Below, one piece after another: positions 1 to 7,727 of a stretch of 64,000 nucleotides of DNA. Both the position numbers and the translations under genes were made by a program. The stretch lies in the NCBI GenBank assembly GCA_041671645.1, contig JBAZBD010000001.1, positions 85,561 to 149,560 on the forward strand. The letters run 5' to 3'. Within the stretch, counting starts at the first letter, position 1. Each line of letters starts with the position of its first letter. The notes beneath the pieces were generated by a model that searched no databases, had not been told where the DNA came from, and worked only from the letters and a program-made list of their open reading frames with translations. This DNA is from Patescibacteria group bacterium (GTDB lineage Bacteria > Patescibacteriota > UBA1384 > XYA2-FULL-43-10 > 1-14-0-10-43-13).

Positions 1-729
1 ATTCCGATTACCGATGCGCGAGACAGATTCAATCAGATTATTGAAGAAGTCGAAGCCAGCGATGATATGTACGTGGTGACCAAGAACGGCAAACCGTCAG
101 CAATCATCGTCGGTGTCCACCACCTTGAAAAATTGACAGGTAACAAGCTGCCGACAGAGTCATTTTCTGAAGAAAAAACAGATGAACCGGTTGCTAGCGC
201 AACTCCGTCTGCTGATAATATTGACGCAGTTGCACCAATTGATGAACCGATGGAAGAAAAGCCCGTTGACGTAGATTCTTCGGCCTCGGCAGCGACGCCA
301 GTGACCGCCCCAACATCCGATTCTGCAGATATTGATTCGTACAATCCCAAGACAACAGAGGCCCAGGATAATCAAACTGATGACCTTTTCGAAACACCAA
401 AAGACGAAATACTCGCCGCCCCAACCACTTCTACTCCTCCAGTTACCCCAACTGCGCCAGTCGTGCCAGCTCCGGCCGAACCTGTCGCAGCGGCTATAGC
501 CCCAACCGCAGAACCTGCCCCCGTGGCGAAAGAGACCCCAATGACAGCCCCAGCAGAATCAGCTACTTCACCAATTGATGAGCCTCTTCCCGAGGAAAAT
601 CCTGCTTCGACATCAATGCCTTCGACTCCTTTCCCAAATTCTTTCCCCTCGACCATGCCAGCGCCAACACCTCCTGCCACACCAGTCACTCCTCCGACAC
701 CGCCAACCCCACCTGTAACTTCAATTTAA
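1..729 (+). CDS. Phd/YefM-like antitoxin-fold protein with long Pro/Thr/acidic disordered tail (5' end lies before the window)
   Basis: Frame 1 is open from base 1: IPITDARDRFNQIIEEVEASDDMYVVTKNGKPSAIIV matches the Phd/YefM pattern; the rest is low complexity. Confidence 0.65.
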   Translation: MPITDARDRFNQIIEEVEASDDMYVVTKNGKPSAIIVGVHHLEKLTGNKLPTESFSEEKTDEPVASATPSADNIDAVAPIDEPMEEKPVDVDSSASAATPVTAPTSDSADIDSYNPKTTEAQDNQTDDLFETPKDEILAAPTTSTPPVTPTAPVVPAPAEPVAAAIAPTAEPAPVAKETPMTAPAESATSPIDEPLPEENPASTSMPSTPFPNSFPSTMPAPTPPATPVTPPTPPTPPVTSI

Positions 730-738
730 TATTCAACT

Positions 739-769
739 AAAAAATCCTTCGGCTCTCGAAGGATTTTTT
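739..769. terminator. Bidirectional intrinsic terminator
   Basis: aaaaaatccttcg-gctct-cgaaggatttttt hairpin between convergent genes. Confidence 0.8.
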
Positions 770-780
770 GTATAGATACA

Positions 781-816
781 TTTGACTTTCGACTTTAGAC
801 TTTCGACTTTCGACTT
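781..816. repeat. 7-bp tandem array (TTTCGAC-like x5) overlapping the dedA stop
   Basis: tttgac tttcgac tttagac tttcgac tttcgac. Confidence 0.85.
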
Positions 817-1421
817 AATTTGAGATGTCTCCAGACGTAGAGAACGATCAGAAGTATTACTATCACGAGCATCGCCATATCGAAATTGTGCAATTTGGTC
901 CTGATCGCTTCCCAATTCGCACCCATTTTGACACCGAGCCAGGCGAAAAGCGCCGTCCAGGGCAAAGCGCCCAGGAAGGTATAGATTGAGAAACGCTTAA
1001 AGTTCATCTTGGCGATTCCGGCAGGAAATGAGATATAAGTGCGAATCACTGGTAGGAGTCGGCCAAAGAAAACCGTGGCGTCGCCATATTTCGTGAACCA
1101 CTTGTCGGCTAAATTGAGATCGTGTTTGGAGATCAGGATATATTTGCCGTACTTCTCTATCAGCGGTCTTCCGCCACGATGGCCTATCCAGTAGGCCAGC
1201 CAAGAACCGACCAAATTGCCGAAGGCGCCGAGAAAGGTAATAGCCCAAAAATTCATCTTCCCTTCGGCGACCAGGAATCCGGAGAAAGGCATGATCACTT
1301 CTGATGGCATCGGGATACCGCAAGATTCGACCGTCATGAGCAGGAAGACACCAGAATATCCCATGACATCAATAATATTGATAACTGCTTGGGCCAACGC
1401 ATCGATAATGTTTGTAATCAT
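795..1421 (-). CDS. DedA family membrane protein
   Basis: ESCGIPMPSEVIMPFSG and FFGRLLPVIRTYISFPAG motifs. Confidence 0.92.
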   Translation of the reverse strand: MITNIIDALAQAVINIIDVMGYSGVFLLMTVESCGIPMPSEVIMPFSGFLVAEGKMNFWAITFLGAFGNLVGSWLAYWIGHRGGRPLIEKYGKYILISKHDLNLADKWFTKYGDATVFFGRLLPVIRTYISFPAGIAKMNFKRFSIYTFLGALPWTALFAWLGVKMGANWEAIRTKLHNFDMAMLVIVILLIVLYVWRHLKLSRKSKV

Positions 1422-1528
1422 AAGTAGTGTTTCGTATTACGTATTAAGTATTAGGGGGAAATGAAAATTCACTCTTCTAATTCTACTCGATTTGGTTCAT
1501 TTTTTGAAGATGATAACTTACTTACCGT

Positions 1529-2740
1529 TTAGGTTAGTTCCCAGTTTGAATCCACATCAATCTCATCCCAATTCGAAATTTTGCCCTGTTTGATATGATG
1601 ATAAGCCGCCAACCCGATCATAGCCGCATTATCCCCAGTCATGTCTCGAGGCGGAGTCAAAAATTGAATAGTTTTATCTTTCGACTTTATACTTTCAACT
1701 TTCAACTGGATTTGGCTTGCCAGATACTGATTGGCCGAAACTCCTCCAGCGAAAACAACGGTCTTGGGCTGGAACTCCTTGACCGCTCTAGCGGTTTTCG
1801 TCGCCAGTACCTCGGCCACTGCCTCCTCGAAGGCGTACGCAATTTCCTGCTTGATTTCATCTGGAATTTCGGTTGGAGAATTCAAATTCAGTTCTAGGAC
1901 GATATCTTTTGTCTTCTGCAAAACCGAGGTCTTGAGTCCAGAAAAAGAGAAATTATAAGTTCCATCATTCATTACCGGACGCGGGAACACAATAGAGTTT
2001 GGCGTTTGGAGTTTAAAGTTTGGAGTTTCTTCTCCTGACTCCCGGCTCCCGGCTCCCAACCTTCTAAACTCGCAGGCGAGTTTAGAAATCGCTGGTCCCC
2101 CCGGGTAGCCCAGCCCCAGAAGCTTGGCGACCTTGTCATAAGCTTCGCCAACGGCGTCATCGAGTGTCTGACCAAGCGTCTCGTAAATCCCATGATCTTT
2201 CATTAATGTAAGGGACGTATGCCCACCAGAAACAGTCAGGGCAAGAATCGGGAATTGATCATCTGCACTTGATAATTCTCGGCTGAAGGCCGAGTAAATG
2301 TGTCCTTCGATATGATTGATTGGAATTATTGGCAACCCTCTGGCGTAGGCCATAGTTTTCGCTGCATTGAAGCCTACGAGCAGAGAACCGATCAAGCCTG
2401 GCCCAGCGGTGACAGCAATATGAGTAATCCCAGAAAGCTCTTCTATCGCTTCCTGATAATCGGCAGGGCCAACTTCTCGGCCCAATAATAGCGCTTGCGA
2501 GATGACTGGTATAATTGCTTCCATATGAGCGCGACTAGCCACCTCTGGGACGACCCCTCCGGTTTGGGCATGAAGATCAATTTGGGAGGAAATAATATTC
2601 GACAAAATGACAGGTCTAAGGCCTGTCATCCCGGACTTGATCCGGGATCCATCTAATTGCTCTTCAATTACTGCCGCCGCCGTCTCATCACAACTAGTTT
2701 CAATAGCCAGTATGCGAATTTTAGTATTTTTATTATTCAT
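1529..2740 (-). CDS. tsaD: tRNA N6-adenosine threonylcarbamoyltransferase, with three repeat-derived in-frame inserts
   Basis: LAIETSCDET, GGVVPEVASRAH, HIEGH, VSGGHT, GGVSAN and DNAAMIG motifs. Confidence 0.97.
   Translation of the reverse strand: MNNKNTKIRILAIETSCDETAAAVIEEQLDGSRIKSGMTGLRPVILSNIISSQIDLHAQTGGVVPEVASRAHMEAIIPVISQALLLGREVGPADYQEAIEELSGITHIAVTAGPGLIGSLLVGFNAAKTMAYARGLPIIPINHIEGHIYSAFSRELSSADDQFPILALTVSGGHTSLTLMKDHGIYETLGQTLDDAVGEAYDKVAKLLGLGYPGGPAISKLACEFRRLGAGSRESGEETPNFKLQTPNSIVFPRPVMNDGTYNFSFSGLKTSVLQKTKDIVLELNLNSPTEIPDEIKQEIAYAFEEAVAEVLATKTARAVKEFQPKTVVFAGGVSANQYLASQIQLKVESIKSKDKTIQFLTPPRDMTGDNAAMIGLAAYHHIKQGKISNWDEIDVDSNWELT
2625..2651 (+). repeat. GTCATCCC...GGGATCCA palindromic REP-like element inside tsaD
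   Basis: gtcatcccggacttgatccgggatcca; related copies at 34236-34262 and 59413-59477. Confidence 0.8.
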
Positions 2741-2760
2741 ATTTTTTCGCGCCTCGTCTC

Positions 2761-2787
2761 GTCCTCCGTAGCTTTAGCGAAGGATGG
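2761..2787 (+). repeat. 27-nt CCGTAGC...GCGAAGG palindromic element
   Basis: gtcctccgtagctttagcgaaggatgg; second copy at 31349-31375. Confidence 0.75.
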
Positions 2788-2794
2788 ATCACAG

Positions 2795-2816
2795 CCCCAA
2801 AGGGGCCCCTTCGGGG
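2795..2816. repeat. 22-nt double mini-hairpin element
   Basis: cccc-aaa-gggg-cccc-ttc-gggg; copies at 35790, 46033 and 62129. Confidence 0.8.
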
Positions 2817-2937
2817 CTAGTTTCAATGGCTAATATTCTGATTTTGCTCTTTTCCATTCCATTGTTTTACCATTTTTGAGCCTCTGATTCAATCAGAGAT
2901 GTTTCCACCTACCCGCTCTACCTGTTATAATTGTGAC

Positions 2938-3885
2938 ATGAACAATATCTTCCAATCCAAAGAGTGGGAGCAGTTTAAACTTGCTACCGGTTACCAGAAG
3001 AGCTACTGGGTTGGTGATATTTTGGTCCTGCAGAAAAATCTGCCCCTAGGCTATTCAATGCTGTACGCGCCGATGGCGAATAGCGAATCTGGAATCTGGA
3101 ATCTAGAATCTGGAATAAAAGAATTTTCGAAACAGATAAGAGAAATAGCGAGGCAAAATAATAGCATTTTCTTTCGCTTGGAGTTTAATGTCCCTGTGGC
3201 TGGACCAAATTCAAAATTCAAAATTCTAGATTCCCGCTTTGGTTTTGCCAAAGCGTTCGAGGAAATGCAGCCAGAGCACACTCTCTTGCTTGATCTCTCC
3301 AAAACAGAAGAGGAATTGCTCTCCGAGATGAAGCAAAAGGGACGCTATAATATCAAAGTGGCAAGCAAAAACGAGGTTAAAATTCATTTTGGGACTAGCC
3401 CTAATGACATCGATAGCTTTTACAATCTTTACGAACAAACAGCCAAACGACACGGCATCACCCATCGAGCCAAAAAATATTTCATCCAGCTAGTTGAAAT
3501 CCTCTCGCAAAAAGGTTACTGTCGTGTTTATACGGCCAAGAAAACGATTGGGGGCAAGGAAACGGATCTGGCCGCTATGATTATGGTTTATTCTGGAGAG
3601 ACCGCGATCTACATGTTTGGCGCCTCAAACGATGACTTCAAGAACACGATGGCGCCGTACCTGATGCAATGGACCGCAATCAGGGATGCGAAAGAAGAGA
3701 AATACAAGAAATATGATTTCTTCGGCATCGCACCAGATGATAATCCAAAGCATCCATGGGCCGGCGTGACCAGGTTCAAACAACAGTTCGGCGGACAAGC
3801 AGCCCAAATTGCCGGTAGCTATGACTTGATCATACAGCCTACGGCCTATCAATTATTTAAAATTGCAGAGAAAATCAGACGATGA
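2938..3885 (+). CDS. FemAB/FemX-family peptidoglycan bridge peptidyltransferase
   Basis: FQSKEW, LDLSKTEEELLSEMKQKGRYNIKVA, YLMQW, YDFFG and GVTRFKQQFGG motifs; start moved to ATG 2938, 6 nt after TGTTATAAT. Confidence 0.9.
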   Translation: MNNIFQSKEWEQFKLATGYQKSYWVGDILVLQKNLPLGYSMLYAPMANSESGIWNLESGIKEFSKQIREIARQNNSIFFRLEFNVPVAGPNSKFKILDSRFGFAKAFEEMQPEHTLLLDLSKTEEELLSEMKQKGRYNIKVASKNEVKIHFGTSPNDIDSFYNLYEQTAKRHGITHRAKKYFIQLVEILSQKGYCRVYTAKKTIGGKETDLAAMIMVYSGETAIYMFGASNDDFKNTMAPYLMQWTAIRDAKEEKYKKYDFFGIAPDDNPKHPWAGVTRFKQQFGGQAAQIAGSYDLIIQPTAYQLFKIAEKIRR

Positions 3886-3948
3886 TTAATAGAATGATCA
3901 AGGGTCAAGTATCAATGATCAAGTAAGTTATAAAATAATTTAAGAAAA

Positions 3949-5286
3949 ATGCGAAAAATTATATCAAAACTTTTGGGTCAGAACGCCAAGAACCATCTTC
4001 ACAAGCTGGAGGCGTCTTGGTCTGTGATTAAGAATGGCAATCCAGCCAAGAAAATTAAGGTGATCGGTGTGACCGGAACCAAAGGCAAAACGACGATTGT
4101 CAGCATGATTTCTTCGATATTGGACGCCGCAGGGATCAAAAACGCCATGGAGACGACCATCAGCACCAAGATTGGCGACAAAAGAATTGCCCATCAGAGC
4201 AAAGTCCGCTGGGTGACCACTCCTCCCGCCTCCGTCATCCAATCGTTCCTGAAGAAGGCTGTCGACGCTGGTTGTGAATATGCAATATTGGAAGTGACTT
4301 CACAGGCAATCGATCAAAACCGTATCCACGGCATCAAATTCGACACTGTCGTCTACAGCAATCTGTCCCAGGATCACCTCGATTACCACAAGACTCGGGA
4401 GAATTATCTCAACGCAAAGTTAAAATTGTTCAAGGACAATCCAGAGGCCAAATCGGTCGTCAATATGGATGACCAATACTCCGAGAAATTCAATTCCCTG
4501 CCCGCAACCGAAAAATTCCTATATTCGGTCAAAAAACCGATTGAGCATGGCGCGGTCGCCCGAAAAATATTGACCAATCCAAGCGGCGTCACTTTCACAG
4601 CCGCCCACAACGAGGGACAAAATATTGTGAATTTGAAGTTGCCCGGGATTTTCAATGTTTCAAACGCCATGGCCGCCTTTTGCGTCGGATTGGCTCTGAA
4701 AATTGACCCGGCCAAGATTGTAAAGGGGCTAGAAGATATCGAGCTAGTTCCTGGTCGGATGGAACCGATCAAAGTTTCTCCCGACCAAGATTTCACTGTC
4801 ATTGTTGACTACGCTCACAATCCAGACTCGCTCAAGAATGTTTATGAAACTGTCCGTGACGGCATGAGCAATACTGGCGGACGGCTTATTTCGGTGCTCG
4901 GTGCTACTGGCCGACGCGACAAGACGAAGAGGCCAATCATGGGCGCGCTGGCTGGACGCTATGCCGACCTTGTAATATTTACCGACGAAGATCCTTATGA
5001 TGAAGACCCTGCTACTATTATGAATGAGGTGGCCGATGGAATCTTCCGAGGTGGCAAGAAGAATCAGTGGCGGATCAATAGAAATTATTGGAAAGTACTC
5101 GACCGATCTCAGGCGATTCACAAGGCAATCAAAGAAGCTAGGAAGAATGATGTCGTTCTGATTACCGGCAAGGGAGCCGAGGAAGTGATGGCTGTCGGTC
5201 CAATTGGTGAAGATAAATTCATCCCCTTTTCTGATCGTGAAATTAGCCGATCTGAATTGGAAGCAAGATTCAAAGTACGTAAATAG
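3949..5286 (+). CDS. murE: UDP-MurNAc-tripeptide synthetase (MurE)
   Basis: GVTGTKGKTT, TTP, LEVTS, NLSQDHLDYH, PGRME, VDYAHNPD and TDEDP motifs. Confidence 0.92.
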   Translation: MRKIISKLLGQNAKNHLHKLEASWSVIKNGNPAKKIKVIGVTGTKGKTTIVSMISSILDAAGIKNAMETTISTKIGDKRIAHQSKVRWVTTPPASVIQSFLKKAVDAGCEYAILEVTSQAIDQNRIHGIKFDTVVYSNLSQDHLDYHKTRENYLNAKLKLFKDNPEAKSVVNMDDQYSEKFNSLPATEKFLYSVKKPIEHGAVARKILTNPSGVTFTAAHNEGQNIVNLKLPGIFNVSNAMAAFCVGLALKIDPAKIVKGLEDIELVPGRMEPIKVSPDQDFTVIVDYAHNPDSLKNVYETVRDGMSNTGGRLISVLGATGRRDKTKRPIMGALAGRYADLVIFTDEDPYDEDPATIMNEVADGIFRGGKKNQWRINRNYWKVLDRSQAIHKAIKEARKNDVVLITGKGAEEVMAVGPIGEDKFIPFSDREISRSELEARFKVRK

Positions 5287-5296
5287 AAAGATATAT

Positions 5297-5482
5297 ATGC
5301 CAGATGAAGAAGAGATAAAAGTTGAAGTGAAACAAATTGTCGATAATAAAACAGGAGTTTCGATCAATTCTGGCCCCCACCTGATCAAAGAGATTCAAAA
5401 AGAAATTGCTGTCATCGAGGAGTCTACAACTCCAGCCAAACAAGCTTTGGCCGAAAACGAAGAGTTCTGGGAAGAAAAATAG
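5297..5482 (+). CDS. Small acidic hypothetical protein
   Basis: ATG 10 nt after the murE stop; fills the gap before the convergent recombinase gene. Confidence 0.5.
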   Translation: MPDEEEIKVEVKQIVDNKTGVSINSGPHLIKEIQKEIAVIEESTTPAKQALAENEEFWEEK

Positions 5483-5485
5483 GAA

Positions 5486-6445
5486 CTATTTTTTGCCATG
5501 AAACTTCTGGTGCACTTCTCGCAGGTGCTGGTCGGTCACATGAGTATAAATTTGGGTCGTGGTGATTGATGAGTGGCCAAGCATAGATTGGACACTTCGA
5601 ATATCGGCACCATTGATTAATAGATCGGTTGCAAAAGAATGACGCAGAGTATGAGGCGTGCATTTTTTGGTTATGCCGGCCAATCCAGCGTACTTCTTTA
5701 CAATTCGCTCTATCGAACGAACGGTCAATCTCTCTCCCTTGGGCGATAATAGTAAAGGGTCGAGTGTCGGAGTGTCGGAGTGTCGGAGTGTCGGAGCTTC
5801 TGGCCTCTCTGCCTCTCCGCCTCTGTGCCCTTTGTTTTTATCATACTGATCTATCCAATACACCGCTGAGTCAGAGAGGAAGACAACTCTGATTTTTTTA
5901 CCCTTGCCCAGGACCGATATTTCACCCCGATCGAAATTGATGTCAGAAGTATCGAGCGCCGCCAGCTCAGAGACGCGCATACCAGTCGAGAATAGAACTT
6001 CTAATATTGCTCTGTCACGAAGACCAGTCACTTTGGTCGTATCAGGCTTCTCTAATATTCCAGAGACTTCTTCGCCTCCCAGGAAGCTGATTTCGCGATC
6101 CCCAGTCTTGGCGACGGGCACTTTCTCTGGCGCTAATGTCTCGATCCCGCGCCAGGAAAGATAGCGCAAGAACGCCCGCAGGGCCAAAATGTGATAATTT
6201 TGAGTAATCAATTTTAGTTCTAATCCCTCTTGGTCGGTCAGACGATTGACATGCAGGCGATATTTGCGCACGATTTCCTGAGTAATATTTGCTGGAGTCA
6301 GCTCCGCCCCAGAATTATTTTCCGCAAGATAGTCCAAGAATCGGGAAATATATCGATCATAATTTTCAATTGTCAGAACAGCCCGACCCTTTTCGAGCTC
6401 ACAATGTTCTAGAAATTGTCTTTTGAGTTCTTGCAGCGAAGCCAT
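5486..6445 (-). CDS. XerC/XerD-like tyrosine recombinase with an 8-bp-repeat insert
   Basis: RDRAILE, STGMRVSEL, GKGKK, TPHTLRHSFAT and LGHSSITTTQIYTH motifs; probable start MASLQ at 6445. Confidence 0.93.
   Translation of the reverse strand: MASLQELKRQFLEHCELEKGRAVLTIENYDRYISRFLDYLAENNSGAELTPANITQEIVRKYRLHVNRLTDQEGLELKLITQNYHILALRAFLRYLSWRGIETLAPEKVPVAKTGDREISFLGGEEVSGILEKPDTTKVTGLRDRAILEVLFSTGMRVSELAALDTSDINFDRGEISVLGKGKKIRVVFLSDSAVYWIDQYDKNKGHRGGEAERPEAPTLRHSDTPTLDPLLLSPKGERLTVRSIERIVKKYAGLAGITKKCTPHTLRHSFATDLLINGADIRSVQSMLGHSSITTTQIYTHVTDQHLREVHQKFHGKK
5758..5831. repeat. Bipartite 8-bp tandem arrays inside the recombinase gene
   Basis: (gtcggagt)x4 followed by (gcctctNN)x3. Confidence 0.85.
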
Positions 6446-6483
6446 GATTGATAACTTTATACTTTTAACTTTATAGCTAGTTT

Positions 6484-7044
6484 CTAATCCACGTCCCATT
6501 TGTGTTCGTTGTTGTGAACAAGCCAGTAAGCCACGATGCCGGAGGAGATGCCAAGGAAGGCACCGGCCAGGACGTCAGATGGATAGTGTAGCCCTGCCCC
6601 CACACGTCCGGCCCCAACCAGAATTGCCAGGAGAAACAATACCATCCCAAGTCTTTTGTGCCCATAGAGAAATATGCTGGTGGCGATGGCAAAAGCAACA
6701 TAAGTGTGAACTGAGGGAAATGAGACGCTATAGACCCGAAGCCCCTCAATAATTGGCGTCATTACTTCGCTGCTATGGCTGATGAATGGTCTCGGCCGGC
6801 GCCAAAAAAGCGCTATTGCAAGATCGACAAATCCGGCGATTGCCATAGCGGCAAATGTACAGTAAAACGCATTTACTTTGCCCCGCAGGATCAGATAGAT
6901 ATAGGAGAGAAAGAAAAATATGATGCCATATTTGGCACAGAAAAGATAAATCTCGTTTAGCCATGGCCGTCCGTGGATAGCACCATGGAAGAAGAGATAG
7001 GTCTGGTAGTCATAGAATCTGGCTGTATCAAATAAATGTTCCAT
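6484..7044 (-). CDS. PAP2-family phosphatase (undecaprenyl-diphosphatase-like)
   Basis: RPRP, SFPSVH and RVGAGLHYPSDV motifs; start 6 nt after TATAAT. Confidence 0.9.
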   Translation of the reverse strand: MEHLFDTARFYDYQTYLFFHGAIHGRPWLNEIYLFCAKYGIIFFFLSYIYLILRGKVNAFYCTFAAMAIAGFVDLAIALFWRRPRPFISHSSEVMTPIIEGLRVYSVSFPSVHTYVAFAIATSIFLYGHKRLGMVLFLLAILVGAGRVGAGLHYPSDVLAGAFLGISSGIVAYWLVHNNEHKWDVD

Positions 7045-7098
7045 GACATTATTATACAGGACTGGCTTTCGTCTACCAACTTTTGATAAAATCACTCT

Positions 7099-7665
7099 AT
7101 GAACGCAGATGAAATTAAGAAAATCCGTACCGAAAGAAATCCCGAGGAAGAGACACTCTGGCGCAAGATTGCTAAATGGGTCCTGATCGTGGCGATTATT
7201 TTGGTCTTCATCGAATTAATTACCAAGCCGCTTCGCCATCACTGGGCAGATGATTACTTGGAGCGGGGCGACCAATATCTAATACAGAAGAAATATCTTT
7301 CAGCCGAGCTTGAATATCAGAAGTCGGCCATATTTTACAAAACAAGTTTGGCAGAAGATCGTCAAGAATTGGCAAATCAAGCCCAGACGGATGTGCTCAA
7401 ACTCAAGCCATTTCTTCAATCCAAAAATATTAGCAAAGCAATCGAGGATTTTGAGACAGCAACTGCCAAATACACTCATTACGACGCCCTGAGGGTGAGC
7501 AAAGAGCTTTATGAGAAGGGCGAGCTCCAACTGGCCCTTGTCGCTCTCGATAATGACCCAGACAAAGCCAACGACGAACACATAAGCTTCGACAAGATTA
7601 TAAACAAAGCGATTTTGGCCAGACTCGAACTTTCCAGCAACGCAAAGCAAAAGTACAGGGAGTAA
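7099..7665 (+). CDS. Membrane-anchored helical (TPR-like) hypothetical protein
   Basis: One TM segment followed by YLERGDQYLIQKKYLSAELEYQKS. Confidence 0.7.
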   Translation: MNADEIKKIRTERNPEEETLWRKIAKWVLIVAIILVFIELITKPLRHHWADDYLERGDQYLIQKKYLSAELEYQKSAIFYKTSLAEDRQELANQAQTDVLKLKPFLQSKNISKAIEDFETATAKYTHYDALRVSKELYEKGELQLALVALDNDPDKANDEHISFDKIINKAILARLELSSNAKQKYRE

Positions 7666-7727
7666 ATAGGCACTTTATCGGTTGCAAAATAAACGGTATA
7701 ATAATTGTAACTAATAGCGGAGGGGTT

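Larger units (their letters stand above)
2755..2857 (-). pseudogene. Relic duplicate of the tsaD 5' end, interrupted by two palindromic elements
   Basis: Reads MEKSKIRILAIETS[22 nt]CD[27 nt]ET versus tsaD TKIRILAIETSCDET. Confidence 0.85.

Noticed and set aside
733-915. 60-aa ORF with SKVESLKSKVK, and the many other antisense or nested ORFs in the track
   Set aside because: They are alternate-frame shadows of real genes or translations of the repeats.
5486-6445. Tyrosine recombinase as the integrase of an ICE carrying the T4SS
   Set aside because: It has a Xer-like size and motifs, sits among housekeeping genes, and I saw no att repeats or relaxase.
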